A stretch of 64,000 nt of DNA from Patescibacteria group bacterium. GTDB lineage: Bacteria > Patescibacteriota > Minisyncoccia > 2-02-FULL-40-12 > GWA2-44-9. The notes beneath the pieces were generated by a model. The model ran no database searches. It was not told the DNA's origin and worked only from the letters and a program-made list of their open reading frames with translations. Made by a program: the position numbers and the translations under genes. Shown piece after piece: positions 37,468 to 48,152 of the stretch (position 1 is its first letter; each line of letters begins with the position of its first letter). Location: NCBI GenBank assembly GCA_038064515.1, contig JBBTSY010000009.1, forward strand, positions 2,155 through 66,154, in the 5' to 3' direction.

Positions 37468-37592
37468 AGTGAGGGTATATCCTTGAAGGAGCCTCTCGGA
37501 GGCGCATGCGCATGGTTAAGAGCATGCGACGAGAGCGAGCGCGAATTCCTCGCTGGGGAATTCGACGCGTGCTCCTGAAAGGATATATCCGA
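37468..37592. repeat. GC-rich nested palindromic element E (outer IR GGTATATCCTTGAAGGAGC/GCTCCTGAAAGGATATATCC; core CTCTCGGAGGCGC ... GACGCGT)
   Basis: Inverted repeats read directly. Shares core motifs with the elements at 48043-48141 and 54873-54972. Confidence 0.55.
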
Positions 37593-37599
37593 ACATTAT

Positions 37600-39528
37600 A
37601 TGTTTATAATCGAAGTCATTCCCCTCATCACCTTTCCGCCCCAGGTATCTCAAATCTTGAGCTATTTTTATGATCAGGCGCTCCCGAAAGGGGCCGTAGT
37701 TAAAGTTCAAATTCAAAAGAAAGAAGTCCAAGCAATAGTAGTCTTATCAACACCGCTCGAGCGCCAAAAAATAACGCTTAAAAAGTCTGCTTTTCAACTT
37801 AAGAAAATTTCTAAGGTTCTCGCTGATGAATCACAGGTAGGCTCTCATCAGTTTCAAACCGCCTTATGGCTTGCTAAACATTATTACGCTCCGCTGGGTC
37901 TATCTCTCAAGTCAGTGCTTCCACCATTTTTTAATAAGCGCGGCTATCAAACAACGCATGAATTAGTCCATGAAGAAATTCCTCCGTCTCGCCTCGCCTC
38001 TCCCCTACCTCTTTTTATCGAAGCTCGCGCCCACCAAACTGCAAGAAAACTCGAACCATTCATTAAAAAAGCCCTTAAAAAAGCAGGCCAAGTTCTTATT
38101 CTCTCACCCGACACCACAATGCTTAATTATCTTTTTGAATCATTTAAGAATCTCGGGGATTCCGCTCGTTTGTCATCCAAAATCTCCAACGCTGATTATT
38201 ATGACATCTGGCGACGAGTCGCGTCGGGTTCTTGCAAGATTATTTGCGCGACCCGTATCGGACTTTTTCTCCCCTTTCATGATTTGCGGATAATCATGGT
38301 GGAAGACCCCTTCCATGAATCTTATAAATCAGAGATGTCGCCGCGCTACAATACTTCCGATGTCGCGCTGAAAATCGCCGACTTCCACGGCGCGCGAACA
38401 ATCTTTATTGCTCCGATTCCCGATCTCAATATCGCATATGCTATTGATCAGCGGACCTTTACTTTACATCAAGAACGCCAAGTCTCACTCCCTGATACGG
38501 ACGTTGTTGATATCGAATATGAACGAAAAACCGGAAACTATTCGGTGTTCAGCCGCCTACTCCAGAAGCGCCTTATTGACGCCATTCGAGTTAAAGAACG
38601 TATTCTTCTCGTCTCGTCTCGGCGAGCTTATTCAGGAATTTTGATCTGTCATAATTGCGGGACCTTCGTAAAGTGCCCCAATTGCGAGATACCGATGCGC
38701 GTCCATAAAACCGCGGAATCAATGCTAGTATGCTACCACTGTTCAGCATACCAAAACTTTCCCAAAAACTGTGTTAATTGTCACAGCACTAAGCTTTCCC
38801 CTGCTGGTGTTGCTGGCAGTCAAAAAATCCAAGAACAATTGACTAAATTTTTAAGCGAACAAAAAATTGAAGACGTAGAATCGTTTATTTTGGATTCCGA
38901 CCTCACTCAAGATGATTCCCAAGAGCAAGAACTATTTGACGCAATAAAAAAATCAACCCAGCCGATCATTATCGCCACGCAGATGATCTTTAGCCATCGC
39001 TATCAGGAGCAATTTGATTTTATCGGCATCATTAATGCCGATGCGCTCATGAGTAATGCTGACTTTCGCGCTGAAGAGAGATTTTTTTACCAGTATGAGA
39101 AGCTTCTCGACTTTCAACCAGCGCGAATCACAATTCAGACATATAATCCGGAAAATTCCGCGATTATGATGGCCGCGCAGGAAAATTACAAGGCATTCTA
39201 CGAACGAGAACTGTCGAACCGAAAACTGCTTGGTTACCCCCCATTCTCCCGTCTTATAAAACTTACCTATGCGCATACTAGCGCAACTAAGGCATCTTTT
39301 GAGGCACGCGCTTTAAATGAAAAATTACGAATGGCTATTGCCCAGTTTAATTTCGGAGAAAGAATAAAAATCTTCGGCCCAAATCCCGCTTCGATAGCTC
39401 GAGAAAAGAACCAATACCACTATTCCATCATTTTAAAAATTGACCCTGAATTTCAGCCGCTTGCCAGCCTCCTTCGCTTTGTTCCTGCGCAATGGCATAT
39501 TGATGTTGATCCTCACCAAATACTGTGA
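37600..39528 (+). CDS. priA: primosomal protein N' (PriA) homolog with a degenerate ATPase (Walker A and DExH lost)
   Basis: PriA N-terminal 3'BD-like region, Cys4-Cys4 zinc region (CHNCG...CPNCE...CYHCS...CVNCHS) and C-terminal domain. Positions aligning to GVTGSGKT and DEEH read EARAHQTA and VEDPFHE. Confidence 0.75.
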   Translation: MFIIEVIPLITFPPQVSQILSYFYDQALPKGAVVKVQIQKKEVQAIVVLSTPLERQKITLKKSAFQLKKISKVLADESQVGSHQFQTALWLAKHYYAPLGLSLKSVLPPFFNKRGYQTTHELVHEEIPPSRLASPLPLFIEARAHQTARKLEPFIKKALKKAGQVLILSPDTTMLNYLFESFKNLGDSARLSSKISNADYYDIWRRVASGSCKIICATRIGLFLPFHDLRIIMVEDPFHESYKSEMSPRYNTSDVALKIADFHGARTIFIAPIPDLNIAYAIDQRTFTLHQERQVSLPDTDVVDIEYERKTGNYSVFSRLLQKRLIDAIRVKERILLVSSRRAYSGILICHNCGTFVKCPNCEIPMRVHKTAESMLVCYHCSAYQNFPKNCVNCHSTKLSPAGVAGSQKIQEQLTKFLSEQKIEDVESFILDSDLTQDDSQEQELFDAIKKSTQPIIIATQMIFSHRYQEQFDFIGIINADALMSNADFRAEERFFYQYEKLLDFQPARITIQTYNPENSAIMMAAQENYKAFYERELSNRKLLGYPPFSRLIKLTYAHTSATKASFEARALNEKLRMAIAQFNFGERIKIFGPNPASIAREKNQYHYSIILKIDPEFQPLASLLRFVPAQWHIDVDPHQIL

Positions 39529-39672
39529 GTCTCATAATAACATTCCCACTAGAGAATAATGTTTAGCAAAGGAGTGGGCTCTAGCTCACTCCTGAAAATG
39601 ATAATCGTCGAGACTTATCTATAATGAGTAGGTATAGAAAAATAAGAAGAATTATGGTAATTTGACCGAAAT

Positions 39673-40134
39673 ATGCCTATTCTGCCTCTTATCACGGTCC
39701 CGGCAGCCATTCTGCGGAAAAAACAAAAACCTCTTAGTCCAGTAGAGCTTTTAAGCGAACGCGTCCAGCAGCTTATCGAGGACATGCACAAAATCATGAT
39801 CGAAGCTAACGGTGTCGGCCTTGCCGCCAATCAGATCAATCAAGACCTTCAGCTATTTGTGATTAACAAAAAACTTGCTGAAGAAAATAAAGTCCCTGAT
39901 GCGTTTATTAATCCGGAGATCACCGAATATTCTCATGAAACTGATGAGATGGAAGAAGGCTGCCTTTCCATTCCCGCCTTCTACGTACCTATTCGTCGGG
40001 CAAAAAAAATAAAAATCAAGGCGCTAGATCAGCAAGGCAATAAGATTAAATTTAAGGTTCGCGGTTTTCTTGCCCGCGTTCTCCAACACGAGACTGATCA
40101 TATCAATGGTTTAGTCATTAAAGATCGAGTATAA
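39673..40134 (+). CDS. def: peptide deformylase
   Basis: GVGLAANQI, EGCLSIP, QHETDH motifs. Confidence 0.9.
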   Translation: MPILPLITVPAAILRKKQKPLSPVELLSERVQQLIEDMHKIMIEANGVGLAANQINQDLQLFVINKKLAEENKVPDAFINPEITEYSHETDEMEEGCLSIPAFYVPIRRAKKIKIKALDQQGNKIKFKVRGFLARVLQHETDHINGLVIKDRV

Positions 40135-40135
40135 T

Positions 40136-41074
40136 ATGCATAAGGATGTAGAATGTATTTTCTTCGGTACTCCTGCTTTTGCCGTACCATCCCTCAAAGC
40201 TCTCCATGAAGCTGGCTACGCGATCTCGGCCGTGGTTACTACTCCCGATCAGCCGGTAGGTCGAAAAGGGATTCTCGTTCCTTCTCCCGTAAAACAGGCG
40301 GCGCTAGAGTTGAATTTTCCCATACTTGAGCCGGATAAGCTTGATGATTCTTTTTTTGAAACATTCACTAATCTCCAATTTGATATTTGCATCATCGTTG
40401 CTTATGGGAAAATTATTCCAGCAAAATATCTTGTGATTCCCCGTTACGGCTTCGTCAATATTCATGCGTCACTTTTGCCAAAATATCGAGGTCCCTCCCC
40501 TATTCAAACCGCCATTTTCAACGGCGAAAAACAAACTGGCATCAGCCTCCAATTAATAGATGATCAAATTGATCACGGACCAATTATTGCTCAACAGATA
40601 TGTGAACTGCCCGGTCAGCAATACTACCCGGAGATCGCAAGAGTATTATCAAAAGAAAGCGCGCAGTTTCTTATAAGCGCGCTTCCTGATTATTTCAACG
40701 GTAAGTCCAAGCCGCGAGAACAAGATCATTCCCAAGCCACTTTTTGCCACCGACTTTCTCGGGAAGATGGGAAGATCGTTTGGTCGCGTTCGGCTGAAGA
40801 AATTTTCAATCAAATCCGCGCACTTAGTCATGAACCGGGAACGTGGACGACTTGGCAGAATAAAATACTGCGAATCAGTAAAGCAAAAGTTGCGTCAACC
40901 ATGTCATTTCCCGGAGCTCCAGGAACAATAATAAAATCTGGACCACTTATAGCCGTTCAGACCGCGACGCATCCCCTTATTTTACTTCGTATTCAGCTGG
41001 AGGGAGGAAAGGAAATGGATATTACTCAATTTATTTTCGGAAAACATAATTTTATTGGCTCTACGTTCGAATAG
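40136..41074 (+). CDS. fmt: methionyl-tRNA formyltransferase
   Basis: NIHASLLPKYRGPSPIQ and N-terminal formyltransferase fold. Adjacent to def. Confidence 0.9.
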   Translation: MHKDVECIFFGTPAFAVPSLKALHEAGYAISAVVTTPDQPVGRKGILVPSPVKQAALELNFPILEPDKLDDSFFETFTNLQFDICIIVAYGKIIPAKYLVIPRYGFVNIHASLLPKYRGPSPIQTAIFNGEKQTGISLQLIDDQIDHGPIIAQQICELPGQQYYPEIARVLSKESAQFLISALPDYFNGKSKPREQDHSQATFCHRLSREDGKIVWSRSAEEIFNQIRALSHEPGTWTTWQNKILRISKAKVASTMSFPGAPGTIIKSGPLIAVQTATHPLILLRIQLEGGKEMDITQFIFGKHNFIGSTFE

Positions 41075-41086
41075 CTGGTATAATTT

Positions 41087-41803
41087 ATGTACATGGAAAA
41101 AGTGCTCTCTGTCGACAACCTTGCCGTCAGTTTCGATAATCAAAATGTTCTTAAGGGTATTTCTTTTAGCGTTGAGAAAGGAGAAGTCCTCGCTATCGTA
41201 GGACCAAATGGTTCCGGAAAATCAGTTCTATTCCGAGCACTCCTCGGACTAATCCCCTATTCCGGCACTATCGCGTGGAATAAGAATCTGAAAACCAGTT
41301 ATGTTCCGCAAAAACTTTCTATCGAGCGTGATCTCCCACTAAATGTTGAAGAGTTTTTGGCGCTGAAAGAATCAAATCGAGAAAAAATCATTCAAGCCCT
41401 CCAAACTGTTGGTCTTGAAGACGAACATCACATTGAAAAGCATTTGCTTCGTCAGCGTCTTGGCTGGCTTTCTGGTGGCCAGCTTCAGCGCATTATGATC
41501 GCGTGGTCGCTCCTCGATGATCCCGATGTTCTTCTTTTCGATGAACCGACTTCCGGCATTGACTTAGGCGGCGAAGGAACAATCTATAATCTCCTCAAAA
41601 AATTAGGAGACCAACGCAATTTGACCATCCTACTCATCTCTCATGACCTCAACATTGTTTATAAATATGCCAACAACGTCATGTGTATAAATAAAGAAAT
41701 GGTCTGTCACGGTATCCCTAGTGAGGTATTGGATCCAAAAGCGCTAGCTCGGCTATACGGCGGAGAGACAAGCTTCTACAAACATGAACATTTTGAACAT
41801 TAA
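41087..41803 (+). CDS. metal (Zn/Mn) ABC transporter ATP-binding protein
   Basis: Walker A GPNGSGKS, signature LSGGQLQR, Walker B LLFDEPTSGID. Confidence 0.85.
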   Translation: MYMEKVLSVDNLAVSFDNQNVLKGISFSVEKGEVLAIVGPNGSGKSVLFRALLGLIPYSGTIAWNKNLKTSYVPQKLSIERDLPLNVEEFLALKESNREKIIQALQTVGLEDEHHIEKHLLRQRLGWLSGGQLQRIMIAWSLLDDPDVLLFDEPTSGIDLGGEGTIYNLLKKLGDQRNLTILLISHDLNIVYKYANNVMCINKEMVCHGIPSEVLDPKALARLYGGETSFYKHEHFEH

Positions 41804-42566
41804 TCCCCTCGGCCTTCAGCTTATCGTAGGCGTACTTATCGGTATTGGCGCTGGATTCTTAGGCTCCTTCATGGTGCTGAAGCGCATGTCACTTGTTGGC
41901 GATGCCCTTTCTCATGTCGCCTTACCCGGTATTGCCATTGCCATGATGTTGAGCTTTAACCCGTTCTTCGGCGCATTCGGTACCCTCTTCATCGGTATTA
42001 TTGGCATCTGGTTCTTAGAACGAAAAACAGCACTGCCATCCGAAACACTCGTCGGAATCCTATTCACGCTGTCGCTGGCAATCGGCATTCTTATCACTCC
42101 TGAACCAGAACTCCTTGAAGCGCTCTTCGGCGATATTAATAAAATAGGTTCCACTGATCTATTTCTCACCGCAGGCGCCGTACTTATTACGATAATCCTG
42201 ATGCAGAAAATATATAAGGGCGTTATTTTAGATATCATCTCTCGTGATCTGACTCGTTCGATGGGTATTTCGGTAAATACAACTAACCTCATCTTTTTAA
42301 TACTTGTCGCCGTCGTGGTTGCTCTCGGTTTGAAGGTAGCCGGCACTCTGCTCATGGGCTCGTTGGTGATTATCCCCGCCGCCGCCGCTAAAAACATCTC
42401 AATAAACCTCAAAGATTATACGCTTTATGCTGGTATCTTTGGCGCCTTGTGCGCCGCGTCGGGGATTTTGATTGCGTATTATTTTTCTCTGCCCCCCGGT
42501 CCTATGGTAGTACTCGCTAGCGGCGCGCTCTTCCTCGTTACCCTCTTGCTAAAGGAGAAAAAGTAG
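41784..42566 (+). CDS. metal ABC transporter permease (ABC-3 / ZnuB-like)
   Basis: 8 TM segments. Family resemblance to ZnuB/MntB. Confidence 0.75.
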   Translation: MNILNINPLGLQLIVGVLIGIGAGFLGSFMVLKRMSLVGDALSHVALPGIAIAMMLSFNPFFGAFGTLFIGIIGIWFLERKTALPSETLVGILFTLSLAIGILITPEPELLEALFGDINKIGSTDLFLTAGAVLITIILMQKIYKGVILDIISRDLTRSMGISVNTTNLIFLILVAVVVALGLKVAGTLLMGSLVIIPAAAAKNISINLKDYTLYAGIFGALCAASGILIAYYFSLPPGPMVVLASGALFLVTLLLKEKK

Positions 42567-42576
42567 GTTAGAATCT

Positions 42577-43158
42577 TTGAACATGTCCATTCCCGTTAAC
42601 GACCTAAAACCGAAGGTATTCTTTATTTTTGAAGGCCAGCCGTATCTGGTGCTTGAAACGCACCATCTTAAAATGCAGCAACGGCGGCCGGTCGTACAGA
42701 CCAAAATGCGTAATTTGCTGAACGGCAAGATGTTGGAGCGCAATTTTGCCCAATCGGATGTGTTTGAGGAAGCTGATATAACCCGCGGCAACGTGAAGTT
42801 TCTCTATAATCACCGTGGCGAGTTCTGGTTTGTTGATCCCAAAGATTCTTCCAAGCGCTTCCAACTTAAAGAAGAACTGATCGGTAATCAAGCGAAGTTC
42901 CTTAAGCCCAACACGATCTTGGAAGCGTTAAGCTGGGACGATAACGTCATCACTATTACTCTGCCCATTAAGATGACATTTCGAGTTATCGAAGCGCCTC
43001 CGGGCATCCGGGGCGATACGGCCCAAGGCGGCGTAAAGCAAGTAAAAATAGATACAGGAGCGACACTCAATGTTCCCCTCTTTATTGACGAGGGCAATGA
43101 GATCGTTATTAACACGGAAACTGGTCAGTACGTGGAGCGAGCGGATAAAGAAAAATAA
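42577..43158 (+). CDS. efp: elongation factor P with a divergent modification loop
   Basis: EF-P three-domain homology. The loop reads HHLKMQQRRPVVQTK where canonical EF-P has HVKPGKGxAFVRTK. Confidence 0.8.
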   Translation: MNMSIPVNDLKPKVFFIFEGQPYLVLETHHLKMQQRRPVVQTKMRNLLNGKMLERNFAQSDVFEEADITRGNVKFLYNHRGEFWFVDPKDSSKRFQLKEELIGNQAKFLKPNTILEALSWDDNVITITLPIKMTFRVIEAPPGIRGDTAQGGVKQVKIDTGATLNVPLFIDEGNEIVINTETGQYVERADKEK

Positions 43159-43179
43159 CTGTCCGCGCTTCAAAAAATA

Positions 43180-43725
43180 TCAGCGCGAGCGTTTTTCTTT
43201 CATAAGAGGCAGGATGGCTAGGGAAATCAACGACCATACAAAAAGAGCCAGTGGCGTACCGATAAAAGGGTAAATTACGCCCAGGCTTTTCTCGGAGGTT
43301 GCCTCGGGAATAAATGAAGCCATAACCGCTCCGATAAACCCAATCTGGAAAAGACTAATAAGCAGTACTTTTGTCAAAGCCATATCACCCATTGAAAGAC
43401 GCCTAAGCGAAGATCGGTAGAGAATGAAAAACGCACTGATGTAAAGAGCAAAGAATAATCCGACTTTAATAAAGTATGGTTCGAAACTTTCCGGAACTGC
43501 TTTTGTAAGCGTTTCTAAAAATGGGAAAAGATTCGTCAACGTGAGCGCAACATAGATAGCCAGGAGCGACATGAGAGCTCGCGTTTTGCCGATACTCATG
43601 CCGTATAGAAATACGGCAACAATGATAAGCATTACAAATAATTCTCTGGGTCCGGTGAGTCCGCTAAGATTAGCGGTAATGCTTGAAAGATTAGAAAATT
43701 TTAAAATGTCTCTAACGGGATCCAT
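43180..43725 (-). CDS. polytopic membrane protein (CvpA-like)
   Basis: Four or five TM helices. No catalytic motif. Confidence 0.45.
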   Translation of the reverse strand: MDPVRDILKFSNLSSITANLSGLTGPRELFVMLIIVAVFLYGMSIGKTRALMSLLAIYVALTLTNLFPFLETLTKAVPESFEPYFIKVGLFFALYISAFFILYRSSLRRLSMGDMALTKVLLISLFQIGFIGAVMASFIPEATSEKSLGVIYPFIGTPLALFVWSLISLAILPLMKEKRSR

Positions 43726-43794
43726 ATCACCATTATACTTGATTGCGATTTTTTATAAACCCGCTTAAACTTTATTTCATAAAATTTTGACTGA

Positions 43795-43831
43795 CAAAAG
43801 AAAAACGGCGGCACCTTTCAGTTAACCGCCG
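43795..43831 (-). terminator. intrinsic terminator (CGGCGG...CCGCCG followed by a T-run on the minus strand) for islet F
   Basis: Hairpin plus GTTTTTCTTTT on the minus strand. Confidence 0.5.
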
Positions 43832-43861
43832 TCTGCCAAGGTGAGACCTCAAAACTTCATA

Positions 43862-44197
43862 TCAGTGAAATTTCGCGATCTCGCCAATGAGCTCCTCAAG
43901 CTCCGCGAGTATGATACTGCTCCGCTCGTAGAACGCGTGGCGCCTGAATGGCTTTTCCTCGGTGATGCCAATGAGCTCGTGAATCTCCGCTCCTAGAGGA
44001 CCAAGTCCCCGCAGAGCGTTATCGATCTCGTGAGCTACTTTCATGAGATCGAGGCCGAGATCCTCGGCACGATCCACGACTGTTAGCTCCAACAAGCTTG
44101 CCTTGAGACGGTGAGCTGGCTCAAGGAGATCAACCGAATCAGCGTACGAAGATCCGAGGATCACGCCCAGCCGATCCTGCGGCTCAAAAGTCGTCAT
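43862..44197 (-). CDS. hypothetical acidic protein; high-GC islet F
   Basis: 111-aa ORF, about 56% GC, SD AGAGGGAGGGG, TTGACA-N17-TATGAT promoter at ~44226-44254 on the minus strand. Confidence 0.5.
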   Translation of the reverse strand: MTTFEPQDRLGVILGSSYADSVDLLEPAHRLKASLLELTVVDRAEDLGLDLMKVAHEIDNALRGLGPLGAEIHELIGITEEKPFRRHAFYERSSIILAELEELIGEIAKFH

Positions 44198-44450
44198 TGA
44201 TTCACCCCTCCCTCTAATCCGTCAAAGTATCATACACCTTTTATATCGATATGTCAAAAGCTAGGAATTTTGAAATTTCCAACCAGCCCAGATGCCCAAC
44301 CCTCCGCAAATTGCAGAGATAAAGATTGAGGTAAACGAAAGAGAGTTTAATCCCAGAAGTGCAGATAAAAAACTACCGAGCATAGATCCTACGAAAAATC
44401 CAATCCAGATAGACGATTTCATAACGACATAATACCATAAAAATGACCGA

Positions 44451-45275
44451 CTATTTAAGTCGAAGTGTGATGATTAAATCGCCAGCGGGCTTGCCTTCGC
44501 GGCCAGCGTTACCGCCTTTAGGAATGGCGATGGTATAGCCGTCCGCTAAATCTTTTGGCAGATGGAGTTCAAGCTTGCGTTTGCCCGGAATGCGTGTTTC
44601 ACCATTGCATTTATCGCAGATTTTTTCCGGAAGTTTTCGCTTGCCGGCACAAGTCGCGCAAATACCGACTCGAGTAAACGAACCAAATGGTGTTCGTGTT
44701 TGCTGACGGACCTGACCGGTACCGCCGCATGTTTTACAATCAATCATCTTGGCACCTTTTGCCAATCCGGTTGCCTTACACTCGTCACAAGTTTTCTGCG
44801 CTTCAAATTCAAAGATACGGCGCTGATCGAGATCTTTTTTATTGATCGTTACTTCTAGATAAATATCCTCGCCTTTTACGGAATCCGGCTGGGTATGGCG
44901 AGCGCCGCCAAAGGCATCAGAAAATACATCAAAAAAATCTTCGATGCCGCCCGATTGTTGATAACCGCCGCGGCTACCGCCAAAGATATCCCAAAAATTA
45001 CTAAAATCATAACCGCCTTGTTTGCCATGAGTTTCGCCGTAAGGCTCCCCTTGAAAGCCGCCGTCATTGTATGCAAAGCCGAAATTATCAAAATTTGATC
45101 GTTTCTTGGGATCGGAAAGCACTTGATATGCTTCGTTCAATTCTTTGAATTTAGCTTCATCGCCGCCAGACTTATCTGGATGGAATCGGTGCGCCAGCTT
45201 GCGATAAGCTTTTTTGATGTCGTCAGCGGAGGCGCTACGCCCCACGCCAAGAATTATATATGGATCCTTGTTCAT
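44451..45275 (-). CDS. dnaJ: DnaJ-like co-chaperone lacking the C-terminal domains (J domain, G/F region, four CxxCxGxG repeats)
   Basis: J-domain HPD motif (HRFHPDK). Zinc-finger repeats [30 protein letters not shown]. 274 aa. Confidence 0.8.
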   Translation of the reverse strand: MNKDPYIILGVGRSASADDIKKAYRKLAHRFHPDKSGGDEAKFKELNEAYQVLSDPKKRSNFDNFGFAYNDGGFQGEPYGETHGKQGGYDFSNFWDIFGGSRGGYQQSGGIEDFFDVFSDAFGGARHTQPDSVKGEDIYLEVTINKKDLDQRRIFEFEAQKTCDECKATGLAKGAKMIDCKTCGGTGQVRQQTRTPFGSFTRVGICATCAGKRKLPEKICDKCNGETRIPGKRKLELHLPKDLADGYTIAIPKGGNAGREGKPAGDLIITLRLK

Positions 45276-46063
45276 AGCACTAATTCTTCTGCCTTGACGT
45301 CTTTTTCGACAATGGTTACGAATCCGGTGATTTTCAATACTTCAAATAATCCTCCAGCGATATATCCTGCCACCGGAATAAAAATAAATCCCAGCCCCTG
45401 CAAGACTAAAAATAAACCAAATGCCAAAAGAGGCGGAAAGTATTGCCGATAAGGTTCTGCCGAGCGATTTAATAATTCAGTAGTTTCTTTTATGATCTGA
45501 CTTTCCGCTTGTTCGCGTTGTCGGACTGGAAGCTGGTTTAGCTCGTTTCTTGCGATAAGCCGCGAAGCGCCCTCCACGGCTTTCGTAATTGAAACAGGAA
45601 GCTGGTTCTGGCGCGCGCTCGCCTGCACATCAGGATTGGCGAAATATACGAATGACAGCATAATTAACAGCGGCATAATTACTTTCCGAATGCCGGAGCC
45701 TACGGCAGCTCTAAAATCAATTTTTAAGTGATTGCGAACCGCGTTTGACATACCTTTCATTGCCCAGAAATGGAACAAAAACAGAATCACAAGTGCTAAT
45801 AAATTAAGCTTAGTAATTCCAAACACAAGTAAAAATGTAACACCTACAATCGCGCTTGTTCCAAAACGCCACGCATGAGAACTGAAAAATATCAAGGCTA
45901 TCGCAATAATCGCACTCGTAAACATAAGCACCACCAGCGGAACGAGCCAGGTGCCGTAATCAATCGTAGACCATGTCGGATCAGAAATCCACGGCTTCGC
46001 GACATACCAAAGAAGAAACGACGCGAGCAAGACAACAATGAGAATTGCTATGTGTTTTATCAT
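45272..46063 (-). CDS. hypothetical polytopic membrane protein inside the heat-shock operon
   Basis: Six or more TM helices. Start MIKHIAIL chosen to avoid overlap with the dnaK 3' end. Confidence 0.5.
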   Translation of the reverse strand: MIKHIAILIVVLLASFLLWYVAKPWISDPTWSTIDYGTWLVPLVVLMFTSAIIAIALIFFSSHAWRFGTSAIVGVTFLLVFGITKLNLLALVILFLFHFWAMKGMSNAVRNHLKIDFRAAVGSGIRKVIMPLLIMLSFVYFANPDVQASARQNQLPVSITKAVEGASRLIARNELNQLPVRQREQAESQIIKETTELLNRSAEPYRQYFPPLLAFGLFLVLQGLGFIFIPVAGYIAGGLFEVLKITGFVTIVEKDVKAEELVL

Positions 46064-46079
46064 TAGGTTCAGTATACTC

Positions 46080-48023
46080 TTACTTCTGTTCGTGTGGATT
46101 CTGCTCAATTGTTTCTTCGGTTGGTTTGGCCTCCGACTGTTGGGCATCGGACTGCGCACCAGCGCCGGGTTGCTGGCCGGTTGGCGTTGAATTCGTCGAG
46201 CCATACATGGCTTGGCCTATTTTTTGAATAGCCGTTGAAAGTTCTTCTGAAGCCTTTTTAATATTCTCCGTATTATCACTGTCTTTTACACTTTTGAGCG
46301 CCACGATCTTTTCCTCAATCTGCTTTTTATCATCGGCTAATACCTTTTCACCGGCATCTTTCAGCGACTTTTCCGCCATGTACACAAGAGACTCGGCCAT
46401 ATTTTTGGTATCAATGAGTTCTCTTTTCTTTGCATCCTCTGCGGCAAACTTTTCAGCGTCTGCCATCATGCGCTTCTTTTCATCTTCGGAAAGGCCGGAA
46501 GAACCTTCGATGTGAATGGATTGTTCTTTACCGGTTGCCTTGTCTTTGGCTTTTACATTGAGAATGCCGTTAGCGTCAATGTCGAATGAAACTTCAACCT
46601 GCGGAACGCCGCGAGGCGCGGGCGGAATACCATCAAGAATGAATCGCCCAAGCGTCTTGTTATCCGCGGACATAGGCCGCTCGCCCTGCAAAACATGAAT
46701 TTCCACCGAGGGCTGATTATCAGCGGCGGTAGAAAACGTCTGCGTTTTAGAAACAGGAACGGTCGTATTCTTTTCGATCATTTTGGTCATGACGTTACCA
46801 AGCGTTTCAATACCAAGCGAAAGCGGCGTTACATCCAAGAGCAGGACATCGCGAATATCGCCTTGCATGATACCGCCCTGAATAGCGGCACCGATGGCCA
46901 CAACCTCATCCGGATTGATATCCTTGTGTGGTTCCTTACCGAAGAGATTTTTAACCGCTTCGCTGATGGCTGGCATACGGGTTTGACCGCCAACCAGAAT
47001 CACCTCATTAATATCGTTAATTTTTAATCCAGCTTCCTCGACGGTTTTCTTCGTTAACTCGATGGATTTAGCAATGAAATCACGAACGAGATCTTCCAGC
47101 TTAGCTCGCGTAAATGACATCGAAAAGTGCTTTGGTCCGGAAGCATCCGCAGTTAAAAATGGGATATTAACTTCAGTCTGGGCCGTACTGGATAGTTCAT
47201 GCTTCGCTTTTTCGGCCGCATCTTTTAAACGCTGGATTGCAAGTTGATCCTTTGAAATATCAATTCCCTGCTCCTTTTTAAATTCCTCTAATAAGAAATT
47301 AATAATTCGTTGATCCAGGTCATCGCCGCCAAGATGCGTGTCGCCGCCGGTAGCCTTTACTTCGATTGTATCTTCTGAAACTTCCAGCACTGACACATCA
47401 AATGTGCCGCCGCCGAAATCATAAACGACAATTTTTTCATCTTTTCTGCCAGAGGCAGATCCGCTTTTGGCGGACTTTCCAAAGCCGTACGCTAATGCGG
47501 CGGCGGTAGGCTCGTTAATGACGCGCTTTACTGTAAGTCCGGCAATTTCTCCGGCATCTTTAGTTGCCTTGCGTTGGGCATCATCAAAATAGGCAGGTAC
47601 GGTGATGATTGCTTCGGTAATTTTTTCGCCAAGCTTATCCTCTGCGTCGGTTTTGAGCTTTTGCAAAATCATAGCTGAAACTTCAGCCGGCTTGTACCAT
47701 TTATCGCCGATCTTTGCCTCAACATCGTGCTGTGACCCTTCTTTAATTTCATATGGCAGCAGTTTCTTGTCGCGCTGAACTTCGGCATCTGAAAATCGTC
47801 GGCCGATTAGGCGCTTTATAGAAAAGATCGTATTTTGCGGATTTGTAACGGCCTGCCGCTTGGCCGTGATACCAACGTATCGTTCTCCATTTTTGCCGGC
47901 CGCAACCATCGATGGCGTCGTGCGCATACCCTCTTTATTTTCAAGCATCCGTGGTTGACCGCCCTCAACAATAGCCATCGCTGAATTAGTTGTCCCTAAA
48001 TCGATTCCTAAAATCTTTGACAT
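46080..48023 (-). CDS. dnaK: molecular chaperone DnaK (Hsp70)
   Basis: [16 protein letters not shown] and other Hsp70 signatures over 647 aa. Confidence 0.95.
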   Translation of the reverse strand: MSKILGIDLGTTNSAMAIVEGGQPRMLENKEGMRTTPSMVAAGKNGERYVGITAKRQAVTNPQNTIFSIKRLIGRRFSDAEVQRDKKLLPYEIKEGSQHDVEAKIGDKWYKPAEVSAMILQKLKTDAEDKLGEKITEAIITVPAYFDDAQRKATKDAGEIAGLTVKRVINEPTAAALAYGFGKSAKSGSASGRKDEKIVVYDFGGGTFDVSVLEVSEDTIEVKATGGDTHLGGDDLDQRIINFLLEEFKKEQGIDISKDQLAIQRLKDAAEKAKHELSSTAQTEVNIPFLTADASGPKHFSMSFTRAKLEDLVRDFIAKSIELTKKTVEEAGLKINDINEVILVGGQTRMPAISEAVKNLFGKEPHKDINPDEVVAIGAAIQGGIMQGDIRDVLLLDVTPLSLGIETLGNVMTKMIEKNTTVPVSKTQTFSTAADNQPSVEIHVLQGERPMSADNKTLGRFILDGIPPAPRGVPQVEVSFDIDANGILNVKAKDKATGKEQSIHIEGSSGLSEDEKKRMMADAEKFAAEDAKKRELIDTKNMAESLVYMAEKSLKDAGEKVLADDKKQIEEKIVALKSVKDSDNTENIKKASEELSTAIQKIGQAMYGSTNSTPTGQQPGAGAQSDAQQSEAKPTEETIEQNPHEQK

Positions 48024-48042
48024 TTGTATAAGTGGTTCTGAA

Positions 48043-48141
48043 GCAATGTGATATTTAGAGGGGCTCTCGGAGCGCGACGGCGCGAGAGTGAGCGCAAAAT
48101 CCAGCAGGATTTTGACGCGTACCCGATAATATCACATTGCT
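48043..48141. repeat. GC-rich palindromic element X in the grpE-dnaK spacer (perfect 13-bp outer IR GCAATGTGATATT/AATATCACATTGC; core CTCTCGGAGCGCGACGGCGCGAG; AT hairpin GCGCAAAATCC/GGATTTTGACGC)
   Basis: Read directly. Shares its core with the elements at 37468 and 54873. Confidence 0.6.
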
Positions 48142-48152
48142 GAAGAACCGAT

